From Dehalococcoidia bacterium (GTDB lineage: Bacteria; Chloroflexota; Dehalococcoidia; Lucifugimonadales; JAGWBF01), in NCBI GenBank assembly GCA_965197415.1, contig OZ240207.1:2858957-2922956 (forward strand): a stretch of DNA of 64,000 nucleotides. Reading direction: 5' to 3'. Position 1 is the first letter of the stretch. Every line of letters starts with the position of its first letter. Positions 50,530 to 60,492 of the stretch are shown here, in pieces. Below the pieces are notes generated by a model. That model saw only the letters and a list, made by a program, of their open reading frames with translations. It did not search any database and was not told where the DNA came from. The translations under genes were made by a program, and so were the position numbers.

Positions 50530-51076
50530 ATTCGAAGCAACCAAGCTGGTGTTGAGTCTTGTGGGAGACAGTCCCATCGTGAGCAACCTGGGACCGACCA
50601 CCGACGAGCTGTGGCACGCCGGACATCGAGACCGCAACTTCTACACCTATGGCGCCATGGGCCTTTGCTCGTCCATTGCCCTTGGAGTCGCGCTGTCCAC
50701 CACCGAAAAGGTCATATCCCTGGACGGCGACGGCTCCATGCTGATGAACTTGGGCGGAGTGGCCACCGTTGGCCGCGAGTACCCGGCCAACCTGATCATC
50801 ATAGTTTGGGACAACCAGGAGTGGGGCCAAACGGGACACCAACCCAGCCACACCGCCGTCAGGACGGACCTGGAACAGGTGGCCCAATCCTGCGGCATCA
50901 CCCAGACGACTACGGTGCGCGCCGTCGAGGACTTGGAGCTTGCGCTGAGGACCGCGCTGGAGACTCCTGGCCCCTGGTTCATTGTCGCCAAGGTGGAGGA
51001 AGTCGGCTACATGCCCGTTTCCCCCATCGAGCCGGAAATGACCCTGTACAGGTTTCGCAAGAGCTTCACCGGCTAG
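50522..51076 (+). CDS. comE: Sulfopyruvate/phosphonopyruvate decarboxylase beta subunit-like (TPP-binding PP domain)
   Basis: 184 aa. TPP motif 'LDGDGSMLMNLG...WDNQEWG'. The start (TTG 50522) overlaps the comD-like stop and is uncertain. Confidence 0.7.
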   Translation: MHRFEATKLVLSLVGDSPIVSNLGPTTDELWHAGHRDRNFYTYGAMGLCSSIALGVALSTTEKVISLDGDGSMLMNLGGVATVGREYPANLIIIVWDNQEWGQTGHQPSHTAVRTDLEQVAQSCGITQTTTVRAVEDLELALRTALETPGPWFIVAKVEEVGYMPVSPIEPEMTLYRFRKSFTG

Positions 51077-51226
51077 GCCTCCCGCTTTCGGCTCTTGGGA
51101 GACCAGGAGATTCATCGACATGACTACGCTACGGGCTCCTGTTGCAAAAACAAGCGCGCTGCTCCGCTGGAACCATGTGAAATCCATGGTTGACATATGG
51201 TGTAGAATCGGTAGTCGTAAGGCGCA

Positions 51227-51625
51227 TTGACTGTGGATTCAACAACTGACTTCTATACGATCCTTGGTGTGCCGGAGCACACCAACCAAAACGGCATTCG
51301 CAGGGCCTACATTGAGAAGGCCTGGAGATGTCACCCCGACGTCAACACCAATGTCCCTGAGTCGACCTCTGAGATGAGCGCCGTCAACCGGGCGTACGCA
51401 ACACTCTCTAGTCCCGCTCTCAGAGCCGACTATGACGCCCGTCGCCACGCTGTATACGTGACCCGAAGCCCTCTTCTTAACGACTCCTCAATAGTCTACG
51501 TTGACACATGGGCTTCTGGGAGGGCTAGAGGTCGATCGTCGTCGTATAGGCACAAAAGGGATCATGGCCTGTTCGGACTGGCCACGTCTACGCTGCGCCG
51601 CTTCTGCCGCTTCGTCTCCGGCTAG
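51227..51625 (+). CDS. J-domain (DnaJ-like) protein, 132 aa
   Basis: 'DFYTILGVPEHTNQNGIRRAYIEKAWRCHPDVN' contains the HPD motif. Non-ATG start (TTG 51227 or GTG 51233). Confidence 0.7.
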   Translation: MTVDSTTDFYTILGVPEHTNQNGIRRAYIEKAWRCHPDVNTNVPESTSEMSAVNRAYATLSSPALRADYDARRHAVYVTRSPLLNDSSIVYVDTWASGRARGRSSSYRHKRDHGLFGLATSTLRRFCRFVSG

Positions 51626-51713
51626 CTGGCGTCCCGCCCCGAATATACACTTCCTTTCCCTGTCTATCCGCCTTTCCACACATCTACAGCCGTTCTCCAG
51701 AGGCTCCAACTCC

Positions 51714-51742
51714 TTGACCAGCGCCCCGTAGGCCCGTAACAT
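51714..51742 (+). promoter_or_regulatory. Promoter candidate TTGACC-17-TAACAT ending 6 nt before the tsaD ATG (leaderless candidate)
   Basis: Hexamers at 51714-51719 and 51737-51742. ATG at 51749. No SD. Confidence 0.45.
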
Positions 51743-51748
51743 CCGCTT

Positions 51749-52786
51749 ATGGCCGTAACCATACTTGGCATTGAGACCTCATGCGACGAGACCGCCGTCG
51801 CCGTCGTGCGTGACGGCCGGATTCTGAAGTCCAACGTCATCGCTTCCCAGGTGGACATCCACTCCCAATATGGTGGCGTGGTCCCCGAGGTGGCCTCCCG
51901 CCAGCACATGATTCACATTGCGCCTGTTGTCGAGATGGCCCTTGACGAGGCGGAAGTGAGCATGGCTGACCTGGACGCGGTGGCCGTAACCTACGGCCCA
52001 GGTCTGGCCGGGTCCCTTCTCGTGGGCCTCAACGTCGCCAAGTCCTTCAGCTATTCTCTGGGAATCCCAATGCTGGGGGTCAACCACCTTGAGGGGCACA
52101 TCTACTCAGCCTGGCTCATGGAGGACATCCCCGACCCGGCGAAAGAGCCGGGGTTTCCGCTTCTCTGCCTGATTGCGTCAGGAGGCCACACCGACTTGGC
52201 TCTGATGGAAGACCACGGGAGCTATCGTCTGCTGGGCCGAACCAGGGACGACGCGGCAGGAGAGGCGTTCGACAAGGCGGCGCGAATATTGGGCTTGGGC
52301 TTTCCCGGAGGCCCTTATATTCAAAAGGCGGCAATGGGAGTGAACCCGACCCAATCGTTCCCAAGGGCCTGGCTCAGAGGGAGCCACGACTTCAGCTTCA
52401 GCGGCGTAAAGACCGCTCTGCTTCACAGGGCGCAGGAACAGGGTGTGTATCCTCCGCCGGAAGAGGGCGGCCCTGACTCTGGCCAGGTGGCAGATTTGGG
52501 GGCGGCCTTCCAGGACTCGGTGGTGGACGTGATGGTCCGCAAGACCCTGGAGGCGGCGGAGGTCCACAATGCCTGCGGAATCGTTCTGGGAGGCGGCGTA
52601 ACCGCCAACGCCTTGCTGCGTGAACGAATGGCCTCAGAATCGGCTCTGCCCACGCTGCTCCCTCCGCCCGTCCTGTGCACCGACAATGGTGCAATGATCG
52701 CCGCGTGCGGGTACTTTCTGCACCAGGCGGGGCGTCATGGGTCGATGGACTTGGACGTGGACCCAGGGCTAAGCCTGGGTATGTAG
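51749..52786 (+). CDS. tsaD: tRNA N6-adenosine threonylcarbamoyltransferase TsaD
   Basis: 'ILGIETSCDETAVAVV', 'GPGLAGSLLVG' and 'VNHLEGHI' are hallmark Kae1/TsaD motifs. Confidence 0.94.
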   Translation: MAVTILGIETSCDETAVAVVRDGRILKSNVIASQVDIHSQYGGVVPEVASRQHMIHIAPVVEMALDEAEVSMADLDAVAVTYGPGLAGSLLVGLNVAKSFSYSLGIPMLGVNHLEGHIYSAWLMEDIPDPAKEPGFPLLCLIASGGHTDLALMEDHGSYRLLGRTRDDAAGEAFDKAARILGLGFPGGPYIQKAAMGVNPTQSFPRAWLRGSHDFSFSGVKTALLHRAQEQGVYPPPEEGGPDSGQVADLGAAFQDSVVDVMVRKTLEAAEVHNACGIVLGGGVTANALLRERMASESALPTLLPPPVLCTDNGAMIAACGYFLHQAGRHGSMDLDVDPGLSLGM

Positions 52787-52990
52787 TCAGATTGTTTGAG
52801 CCGACCTAATCCGGCCCGCCATGCTCTAGACCTGTGTATCACGGTTGACGGCACAGATATTCTGTGAGAACCCCCAGTACATCGGCGGCCATGAAATAAC
52901 AGGGATTAGGACTTTCAATGCGTGAGATTGCTGACGAGTCCTTGTCGGATAGGTCAGAGGAAATTAGTTCAGATGGAAGGGATGGGAGTC

Positions 52991-53395
52991 TTACTCGAGA
53001 GGATTTACTGTAGGGACTCCTGTCGGCTCGAAGTCGCGGACGTTGCGGGTTACGACGGTCAGACCGTGCTCTAACGCGGTGGCGGCGATAAGCAGGTCTG
53101 CGCCGTCGTGGTCCAAGGTCGCAGACAACTGTCCCCATCGCCGAGCCGTGGCGACATCTACGAGAAGAATGCGGTCGCTATACCAGGCCAGAACCCGGTC
53201 CAACCAGAGGGACAGTTCCTTAGCGAACGATGGATCGTGCTTCCGTTGTTGGACGATGCCTCGCTCTATCTCCCCCACGGTAACAACGCTCAAATATAAG
53301 TCTGACGTCCGCTGCGCCTCCACCCAGCGAATAGCCTCTGGATTGCGGTCACGCCTGCGGAGGGCCGACAAGATGTCGGTGTCTAGGAGAAACAT
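52991..53395 (-). CDS. vapC: PIN-domain toxin VapC (FitB-like)
   Basis: 'MFLLDTDILSAL', 'LSVVTVGEIERG' and 'DLLIAATALEHGLTVVTRNVRDF' carry the PIN acidic residues. Confidence 0.85.
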   Translation of the reverse strand: MFLLDTDILSALRRRDRNPEAIRWVEAQRTSDLYLSVVTVGEIERGIVQQRKHDPSFAKELSLWLDRVLAWYSDRILLVDVATARRWGQLSATLDHDGADLLIAATALEHGLTVVTRNVRDFEPTGVPTVNPLE

Positions 53396-53649
53396 TACAA
53401 ATCTAGGGGCCGGGCGCCAAGAGACAACCGCTGGAATTCCTGGTCGTCCTGCGGGATTTGAAGAAGCAGTTCACCCAGAGTCGGAGCGTCAGCCTTCTCC
53501 AAGCGGCAAAGTCGCTCGTACTCCTCCGCAGCCAGCACGACCACGGCGGGCTGCCCACGCCGAGTTACTCGCTGAGGTTCACCGGTTAGCGCAGCATTGA
53601 CCAGAGCGCTGAACTTGTTCTTTGCATCCTGTAGAGGCCACTCTGACAT
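53395..53649 (-). CDS. Phd/YefM-type antitoxin paired with VapC
   Basis: 'LQDAKNKFSALVNAALTGEPQRVTRRGQPAVVVLAAEEYERL'. Its stop overlaps the vapC start. Confidence 0.8.
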   Translation of the reverse strand: MSEWPLQDAKNKFSALVNAALTGEPQRVTRRGQPAVVVLAAEEYERLCRLEKADAPTLGELLLQIPQDDQEFQRLSLGARPLDL

Positions 53650-53659
53650 GATAGTCTCC

Positions 53660-53708
53660 GGCTAGATGGTCTGGCTAGATTATACTGTGGGTTGAGCCTG
53701 ATTCTCAA
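53660..53708 (-). promoter_or_regulatory. TA-operon promoter/operator candidate: TTGAGA-18-TATAAT with two ATCTAGCC direct repeats
   Basis: Minus-strand TATAAT at 53684-53679. GGCTAGAT (plus strand) occurs at 53660-53667 and 53673-53680, overlapping the -10 and the 5' UTR. Confidence 0.45.
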
Positions 53709-53833
53709 TATTGAATTGAGGCTGGCCGGGCATTGAGAAGGGGCAGCGGTCCCGGGTGACAATGCTCCATGACGGTCGAGAGTAAATGACTCTAACTCGT
53801 TCCGTAGGTGTAACGGCGCCAGGGCGGGGAGGT

Positions 53834-54658
53834 TTACGTAGCCTCGGCGGTGTCAGGCGCCGCTTTCTCCGTGGAGCCGGTGGGCGACCCGTGGACGTAC
53901 AGGCGCCATATCTCCGTTTCCTGGGATACTAGCGTTGCTCTGTCGTCTGATGGTGGGAGACCTGCGGTCCTGTCCTCCAAGCCGCCCGAGGCAATGGCTT
54001 GGGTGTCCGACATCAGTTGACCGTCGACGGCGTGGCCGTCGAGGCTCCGTATCTCGAAGAAGCGGTTGACCAGGGTATAGACCTCATCGTTGGCCTTATC
54101 GCTTCGATAGGGGAAGGACATCTGCCATTGGTAAGACTCGACGGGGCCCCGGTTGTTCGCCGACGGTTTCTCCCACGTCCCTCCCTGGAAGACAATCTCT
54201 CCCTCCGGTTCCCAAAGTAGATGCCTGGTCAGATAGGACGCTCCGAACACAACCACTATCAGCCCCACGACGGAAGCGATGCTGATCTCCGACCAGGTAG
54301 ATTCTCTGATGTAGCCAATGATGAAGTAGGCGAGGATTCCCGCCAGAACGAAAAGAATTCCCTGTATCAGGTTTCTTACTCCACGCGACTTGCCCTTAAC
54401 GAACACCGTCTTCAACTCGTCGATTGGGGCTAGGTAGGTCTCTTTGACGTCCTCGCCTCTCAGGAATGAGATGACCCGGAGATTTGTGATAAGCAGCAGC
54501 GGGCCCTTCTTAGGAGCGCCGCTGACGAGGCCGTGATTTGAGGCGAAACGTTCCTGGACCTGCTCACCGGCCATAAGCGGGAGACCGCGCACCGAGCGGT
54601 CTCCCGTCGAAGCAGGCTCCTCGTCCCTCCCAAAAGCGCTCTTTAAGAATTGCCGCAT
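53834..54658 (-). CDS. Hypothetical 2-TM membrane protein with PH-like N-terminal region
   Basis: 'LLLITNLRVISF' (bacterial PH-like) followed by two TM helices. No recognisable catalytic motif. Confidence 0.55.
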   Translation of the reverse strand: MRQFLKSAFGRDEEPASTGDRSVRGLPLMAGEQVQERFASNHGLVSGAPKKGPLLLITNLRVISFLRGEDVKETYLAPIDELKTVFVKGKSRGVRNLIQGILFVLAGILAYFIIGYIRESTWSEISIASVVGLIVVVFGASYLTRHLLWEPEGEIVFQGGTWEKPSANNRGPVESYQWQMSFPYRSDKANDEVYTLVNRFFEIRSLDGHAVDGQLMSDTQAIASGGLEDRTAGLPPSDDRATLVSQETEIWRLYVHGSPTGSTEKAAPDTAEAT

Positions 54659-54846
54659 ATACGTCCTGAGCTTTGGTGTTTGACAACAATACTATCATAG
54701 CGGTCTGTCTCGATTTCCGACAAGAAACCGCCTTCCCGACGAGTTTAGGCCGCCCTGTCGCAAGCCCTTATCGGACATAATGATGTTACAATGAGGGTTG
54801 TTTCAGACTGGTCGGGAGACCGTCGTTCAGTGATTTAGGGAGACCT

Positions 54847-57744
54847 ATGCCTCAGGAATACATTCACGTCAAGGGAGCTCGGGAACACAACTTAAAGAAC
54901 ATCGACGTAACCATCCCAAGAGACAAGCTGGTGGTCATCACCGGAGTGTCCGGTTCAGGCAAGAGCTCGCTGGCCTTCGACACTATCTACGCCGAAGGAC
55001 GCCGCAGGTACGTGGAGTCCCTCTCGGCCTATGCCCGTCAGTTCCTTGGGCGCATGGACAAGCCCGACGTAGAATACATCGAGGGGCTTTCCCCTGCCAT
55101 CTCCATAGACCAGAAGGGCGTGTCCCACAACCCCAGGTCCACTGTGGGCACGGTCACCGAGGTCTATGACTACCTGCGCCTGCTGTATGCCAGGGTTGGA
55201 ATCCCCCACTGCCCCAAGTGCGGCCGCCCAGTAGAAAAGCAGACGGTGCAGCAGATAGTCGACGCCGTAATGAAGCTGCCGGCCGGCTCCCGGATTATGG
55301 TGCTGGCCCCCAAGGTCAGGCGCCGCAAGGGTGAACACCGGGAGGTCTTCGAGGACGCCCGCAAGGCGGGGTTCGTTCGAGTCAGGGTCAACGGAGAGGT
55401 CCACGAGCTGGACGACATGGGCGACCTGGGCCTGGACAAGCAGAAGTGGCACTACATCGAAGTCGTGGTCGACCGCCTCGTAGTCAGCGATGACTTGGAG
55501 TTGAACCGTGTATCCGACTCCGTTGAGACGGGCCTACGCCAGGGAGAGGGCGTAGTGCAGGTATGGGTTGAGAACGGCGAAGAGCTGGTCTTTTCCGAGC
55601 AGTTCGCCTGCGTTAGGTGCAGCATCAGCCTGCCCGAAATTGAACCCCGGACGTTCAGCTTCAACAGCCCCCACGGCGCTTGTTCCGCCTGCACCGGACT
55701 GGGTTACAAGCTGGAAGTGGACGTAGACTTGTTGATTCCCAACAAGTCCTTGACCCTGGCTGAGGGCGCCATAACACCCTGGGCCCGCTCTGCGGCTTCC
55801 GGAGCATGGTATCGCAGCCTGATTGCCTCGGTGGCCCGGACGTACGGCTTCTCCAACAAAGTCCCGGTGCGGGACCTGCCCCAAGAGTCTCTCGACCTGA
55901 TTCTATATGGCAATGACGGCGAACCGCTGACCATGCGGCACACCACTCACTCCGGTCATGAATACGCCTGGGAGACGTCCTTCGAAGGCGTGGTACGGAA
56001 CCTGGAGCGCCGCTACAAAGAGACGGAGTCGGACCACACGCGCACTGAGATAGAGCGATACATGGCTGCTCGGCCCTGCACATCCTGCAAAGGCCGCCGC
56101 CTGCGGCCCGAAGCCCTGGCTGTCAAGGTGTCGGGCCTCGGGATTATGGAGCTCTGCTCCCAAACCATCAGCAATTCTTCCCAGTGGATTAGGGCGATAG
56201 GCGGAGAAGCAACCACCATCAAAGGCAAGGCGCCCCCGGAGTTGAATGCCCGCGACAAGACCATCGCCCGCCAGATTCTCAAGGAGATAGACTCGCGGCT
56301 TCAGTTTCTGGTGGACATCGGTCTGGACTACCTGACCCTCGGTCGGACGGCCCAGACTCTCTCGGGAGGGGAGGCGCAGCGCATTCGCCTAGCCACCCAG
56401 ATTGGTTCGGGGTTGACCGGAGTGCTCTACGTCTGTGACGAGCCGACCATTGGCCTGCATCCCGCCGACGACAGCCGTTTGGTGGACACGCTCAGGCGGT
56501 TACAGGAGTTGGGCAACACGGTGGTGGTGGTGGAGCATGACGAGGCCGTGATGAGGGCCGCCGACTACCTGCTCGACTTGGGCCCCGGGGCCGGTGAACA
56601 CGGGGGGTGGGTGGTGGCAGCCGGTACTTTGGACGAGGTCCTGGAGTCCAGCGAGTCCATAACCGCCGACTACCTGAGCGGGCGGAGGAGAATCAGCGTG
56701 CCGGAGACGCGGCGGCACGTTAACGAGAAGCATCTATCGATCCGAGGAGCCAAGGAAAACAACCTGAAGGGTCTTAACATCGACATTCCGCTGGGCGTGC
56801 TGGTGTGCGTGACCGGAGTGTCCGGCTCAGGCAAGAGCACCCTGATTTACGAGATCCTATACAAGCGGCTGGCCCAGCAGCTCTACCGGAGCAAAGACCG
56901 TCCCGGCAAGCATGAATCGCTGGAAGGACTGGAGCACATCGACAAGGTGGTCAACATCGACCAGTCGCCCATTGGGAGGACGCCTCGAAGCAACCCGGCC
57001 ACCTACACAGGCGCCTTCACCCCTATCCGGGAACTGTTCGCATCCATGCCTGAGGCTAAAGTCCGAGGATATGGGCCAGGACGGTTCTCCTTCAACGTTA
57101 AGGGCGGACGCTGCGAGGCCTGTCAGGGCGGGGGGTACATCCAGATAGAGATGCAGTTCCTGCCCGACGTAGAAGTTCCCTGCGACATATGCCACGGGCG
57201 CCGGTACAACCGTGAGGCCCTGGAAGTGCTGTTCAAGGAGAAGAGCATCGCCGACGTGCTCTCTATGACAGTGGAGCAGGCACTGGACTTCTTCTCGGCC
57301 ATCCCCCGGATACGGAACAAGATGGAGACCCTCAAAGACGTCGGTCTGGGATACATAAGGCTTGGGCAGCCCGCTACTACCCTTTCAGGTGGAGAGGCCC
57401 AGCGAGTGAAACTGGCCACCGAGCTGTCCCGCAGAGCCACTGGGAAGACTCTCTACATCCTCGACGAGCCTACCACCGGGCTCTCCTTCCAGGACTGCGC
57501 GGCGCTTCTGTCCGTGCTCCACAGGCTGGTGGACGCGGGCAACTCGGTGGTGCTTATAGAGCACCACCTGGACATGATAAAGAACGCAGACTGGGTCATA
57601 GACCTAGGCCCTGGCGCGGGCGACAGCGGTGGCCGTCTGATGGCCGTAGGCGCTCCTGAAGATGTTATGAAGGTGAAGAAGTCGGCCACTGGCTTCTATC
57701 TCAAGAGGGCGCTTAACGGCGCCAAGAGCAGCGTCAGCGACTGA
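54847..57744 (+). CDS. uvrA: Excinuclease ABC subunit A
   Basis: '[46 protein letters not shown]', two ABC modules and zinc-finger Cys pairs. 965 aa. Confidence 0.97.
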   Translation: MPQEYIHVKGAREHNLKNIDVTIPRDKLVVITGVSGSGKSSLAFDTIYAEGRRRYVESLSAYARQFLGRMDKPDVEYIEGLSPAISIDQKGVSHNPRSTVGTVTEVYDYLRLLYARVGIPHCPKCGRPVEKQTVQQIVDAVMKLPAGSRIMVLAPKVRRRKGEHREVFEDARKAGFVRVRVNGEVHELDDMGDLGLDKQKWHYIEVVVDRLVVSDDLELNRVSDSVETGLRQGEGVVQVWVENGEELVFSEQFACVRCSISLPEIEPRTFSFNSPHGACSACTGLGYKLEVDVDLLIPNKSLTLAEGAITPWARSAASGAWYRSLIASVARTYGFSNKVPVRDLPQESLDLILYGNDGEPLTMRHTTHSGHEYAWETSFEGVVRNLERRYKETESDHTRTEIERYMAARPCTSCKGRRLRPEALAVKVSGLGIMELCSQTISNSSQWIRAIGGEATTIKGKAPPELNARDKTIARQILKEIDSRLQFLVDIGLDYLTLGRTAQTLSGGEAQRIRLATQIGSGLTGVLYVCDEPTIGLHPADDSRLVDTLRRLQELGNTVVVVEHDEAVMRAADYLLDLGPGAGEHGGWVVAAGTLDEVLESSESITADYLSGRRRISVPETRRHVNEKHLSIRGAKENNLKGLNIDIPLGVLVCVTGVSGSGKSTLIYEILYKRLAQQLYRSKDRPGKHESLEGLEHIDKVVNIDQSPIGRTPRSNPATYTGAFTPIRELFASMPEAKVRGYGPGRFSFNVKGGRCEACQGGGYIQIEMQFLPDVEVPCDICHGRRYNREALEVLFKEKSIADVLSMTVEQALDFFSAIPRIRNKMETLKDVGLGYIRLGQPATTLSGGEAQRVKLATELSRRATGKTLYILDEPTTGLSFQDCAALLSVLHRLVDAGNSVVLIEHHLDMIKNADWVIDLGPGAGDSGGRLMAVGAPEDVMKVKKSATGFYLKRALNGAKSSVSD

Positions 57745-59165
57745 TGCCCGACGACGAACTGGCTTTCGCCTCTGCCGCAGAGGTCCGGCGGATGCTGGAC
57801 TCCCGACAAATCTCATCTGTAGAACTCACAGAGCTTTTCCTCAGGCGAATCAAGCGCCTGGACCCCAAGCTCAACGCATACCTCACGGTCACGCCCGACT
57901 TGGCTATGGACCAGGCCAGGATGGCCGACGAGGCCACAGCCCGGGGAGAGTCGCCGGGCGCCCTGCAAGGGATACCCATATCCATCAAGGACCTGGAGTC
58001 CACCAAGGGAGTCAGGACCACTTTCGGGAGCCTTCCCTTCAAGGACCACGTGCCGGACAGGGACTCCGTCGTCGTGGAACGGGTCAAGGCCGCCGGAGCG
58101 GTAATTCTCGGAAAGACCAACACCCCCGAACACGGGTTTCGGGGCACGACGGAGAACCGCCTTGGGGAGCCTTGCCGCAATCCATGGAACCTTGAACGGA
58201 CCTCCGGCGGTTCCAGCGGAGGCGCAGGTGTGGCCATTGTCTCCGGCCTGAGCACCCTGGCGACCGGCAGCGATGGGGGCGGCTCCATCAGGATGCCCTC
58301 CAGCTTCTGCGGCGTCTACGGAATAAAGCCCAGCCAGGGGCGTGTCCCCCGATTCGGAGGCGTGGGCAGGCCCGCCTTCAACTTCCTGTCCCAGTCGGGG
58401 CCTATGACAAGAACCGTTGCTGACAGCGCGGCGCTGCTCCAGGTCCTGGCCGGTCGGGACGACCGGGACGCCGGCTGTATGACAGAGACGCCCCCGGACT
58501 GGTTGGAGGGGCTTCACGATGGCGTCAAGGGCCTGAAAGTGGGTTGGAGTCCTGACCTGGGTTTCGCGGCGGTGGACCCGGAGGTTGAGGACGCTACTCG
58601 GAAGGCAGCAGAAGCATTCCAACAAGAGTTGGGTTGCAGTGTTGAGGACGCCGGCATCCGCCTGGAGGATCCTTTCCTGGTATTCTGGGACCTTTTCAGG
58701 GTCCAGGGATATTCGGCCTACGGCGAGATATTCGAAGAGCGGCCCGAAGACTTCTCGAGCTATGGGCGGCTTAGCATGGAATACGGGAAGGCAATCACGA
58801 TTCCCGAGTATTCCAGAGCGTTGGTGGAGCGTCAGAGGCTGAAGAGGTTCATGGAGGACAAGCTTGACGAGTTTGATCTGCTATTGACTCCGACTATGGC
58901 CGTGACCGCTTTTCGCATAGAGCAGTTTCCGTCGGTGATAGGGGGCAGGCAGGTGAATCCGGCCTGGTCCTATACGCCATTTACCAGCCTGATAAACATG
59001 TCGGGGCAGACTGCGGCGAGCATTCCGTGCGGGTTCTCCTCGGAGGGGATGCCCATCGGCCTACATATCATCGGCCGCAAAGGAGACGAGGCTACAGTGT
59101 TGCGGGCTTCCGCCGCATTTGAAGAGGCCCGGCCTTGGCTGGACAAAAGGCCGCCCGTTTCATGA
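57744..59165 (+). CDS. Amidase (amidase-signature family)
   Basis: 'GGSSGGAGVAIVSG...ATGSDGGGSIRMPSSFCGVYGIKPS' is the AS signature. The start overlaps the uvrA stop (TGATG). Confidence 0.9.
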   Translation: MPDDELAFASAAEVRRMLDSRQISSVELTELFLRRIKRLDPKLNAYLTVTPDLAMDQARMADEATARGESPGALQGIPISIKDLESTKGVRTTFGSLPFKDHVPDRDSVVVERVKAAGAVILGKTNTPEHGFRGTTENRLGEPCRNPWNLERTSGGSSGGAGVAIVSGLSTLATGSDGGGSIRMPSSFCGVYGIKPSQGRVPRFGGVGRPAFNFLSQSGPMTRTVADSAALLQVLAGRDDRDAGCMTETPPDWLEGLHDGVKGLKVGWSPDLGFAAVDPEVEDATRKAAEAFQQELGCSVEDAGIRLEDPFLVFWDLFRVQGYSAYGEIFEERPEDFSSYGRLSMEYGKAITIPEYSRALVERQRLKRFMEDKLDEFDLLLTPTMAVTAFRIEQFPSVIGGRQVNPAWSYTPFTSLINMSGQTAASIPCGFSSEGMPIGLHIIGRKGDEATVLRASAAFEEARPWLDKRPPVS

Positions 59166-59434
59166 TAGTAAAAGCCGCTAACTTCCTGATTCTCGTGGTG
59201 GGTGTAACCCTGATAATCGTGGGCGCCATCGCCGGAAGCATAACCATCGCGATTGTCGGAGACATATTGGTCATTGGAGGCATTCTCCTGTTCTGGGCAG
59301 TCAGGAAAGGGATGCTGCCTCCGGCGCTGGGCGGCGCAGCAGGCCCGCAGGCCGCGACGACGAGTGATGCGGCGGGAGAGGACAACGACAGTCGCGGGGA
59401 TGCCGGGTCTTTGAAAGGGCCTGACGGCGCCTGA
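59162..59434 (+). CDS. Small 2-TM membrane protein (90 aa)
   Basis: ATG 59162 overlaps the amidase stop (ATGA). Hydrophobic 'FLILVVGVTLIIVGAIAGSITIAIVGDILVIGGILLFWAV'. Confidence 0.5.
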   Translation: MIVKAANFLILVVGVTLIIVGAIAGSITIAIVGDILVIGGILLFWAVRKGMLPPALGGAAGPQAATTSDAAGEDNDSRGDAGSLKGPDGA

Positions 59435-59499
59435 GTAGTTGCCTCAAGGACCAGGGTTAGACAGGTTCAGCGAGCCCAGCCCCCAAGTCGTTCAACACC

Positions 59500-60285
59500 C
59501 TAGCCCAGAAACTCTATGACCGCGTTGGAGAACTCTTCCGGCTTCTCGACGTGGGGGTAGTGGCCGCAGTTGTCCAGAACCTTCAGCGATGAGCCTTGGA
59601 TGGCCTGTTGGTAGCGTTCGGCGCATTCCAACGGCAGTATGGGGTCTTGCTTTCCCCAAACAATCAAGCAGGGCGCCTTGACCCTTTCCAGCAGGGCTGG
59701 AAACCGCGGGTCATGCATGTAGGGTTTCCATGTGAGCCTGGCCAGGGTCTCCCGGTTTTGAAGCAGCCTGTCCTGGTCCTCGAAACTGGGCTCCACTCCG
59801 AAAAGCTCCTGGAACTCCGGTGCTTGGGCGGTGTCGTGGAATATCAGCTCGTTGACCTGCTTCTCGGACATGAGAAATACGTCCGTTATCTCGCCGGACT
59901 CCGGCCTGATCCCCGGTGCGTCAGCGAGGACCAGCTTTCCGAAAACGTGGGGGCATATCACTGCCATTTCTGCGGCGACCCATCCACCGATGGACAGACC
60001 CACGCCGTTTGCTCCCTCCAAACCCAGTTTTTCTATTAACCAGGTGTAGAAAAGCGCCAGGTCCTGGGCGGATTCCACCCACTCCGGACGTTGGGACTTT
60101 TCGTAGCCGGGATGAGACGGAGCATACACGGTGTACCGTTCGGCCAGCTTCTGGTGGTGGAGAAGCCAACCGGGGTTGCCGGCCAGACCATGGAGCGCCA
60201 CCAGTGGTGGACCTGATCCGCCCTTGTAGTATTGGATGTTGGCCCCAGCCACTTCCACGAACTCTTCGGTCCACCCGCCGGGCAT
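59500..60285 (-). CDS. Alpha/beta hydrolase (meta-cleavage-product/BphD-MhpC-like)
   Basis: 'PPLVALHGLAGNPGW', a 'GLSIGG' nucleophile elbow and 'NCGHYPHVEKPEEF'. ATG 60285 follows GAGGTG. Confidence 0.85.
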   Translation of the reverse strand: MPGGWTEEFVEVAGANIQYYKGGSGPPLVALHGLAGNPGWLLHHQKLAERYTVYAPSHPGYEKSQRPEWVESAQDLALFYTWLIEKLGLEGANGVGLSIGGWVAAEMAVICPHVFGKLVLADAPGIRPESGEITDVFLMSEKQVNELIFHDTAQAPEFQELFGVEPSFEDQDRLLQNRETLARLTWKPYMHDPRFPALLERVKAPCLIVWGKQDPILPLECAERYQQAIQGSSLKVLDNCGHYPHVEKPEEFSNAVIEFLG

Positions 60286-60492
60286 AGCGTTCACCTCGGA
60301 AATCTTAGTCAGGAAGCCAGACTCAAAGCGTGTCCATGTTAGCGGCGCATAGGTGAGGGGTCAAGCTCAATCAGCCGTCCGTCCAGGATAGGCCAGGGGA
60401 CGGAAGCCACGCGCCCTGCATGGCAAGCAAAAGGACGGGCGCGATGGGCCCGCCCTTTGCTTGGTCGTCCTCGATTATGTGTACGCCAGGGG

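Noticed and set aside
52919-53014. 31-aa ORF (MREIADESLSDRSEEISSDGRDGSLTREDLL) downstream of tsaD
   Set aside because: Weak ribosome-binding site, acidic low-complexity product, and overlap with the 3' end of vapC on the other strand. There is no supporting evidence.
54659-54846. SOS/LexA box upstream of uvrA
   Set aside because: No CGAAC-N4-GTTCG-type, AGAAC-N4-GTTCT-type or CTGT-N8-ACAG-type palindrome is visible in the 190-bp upstream region. Only a TG-extended TACAAT -10 candidate is present.
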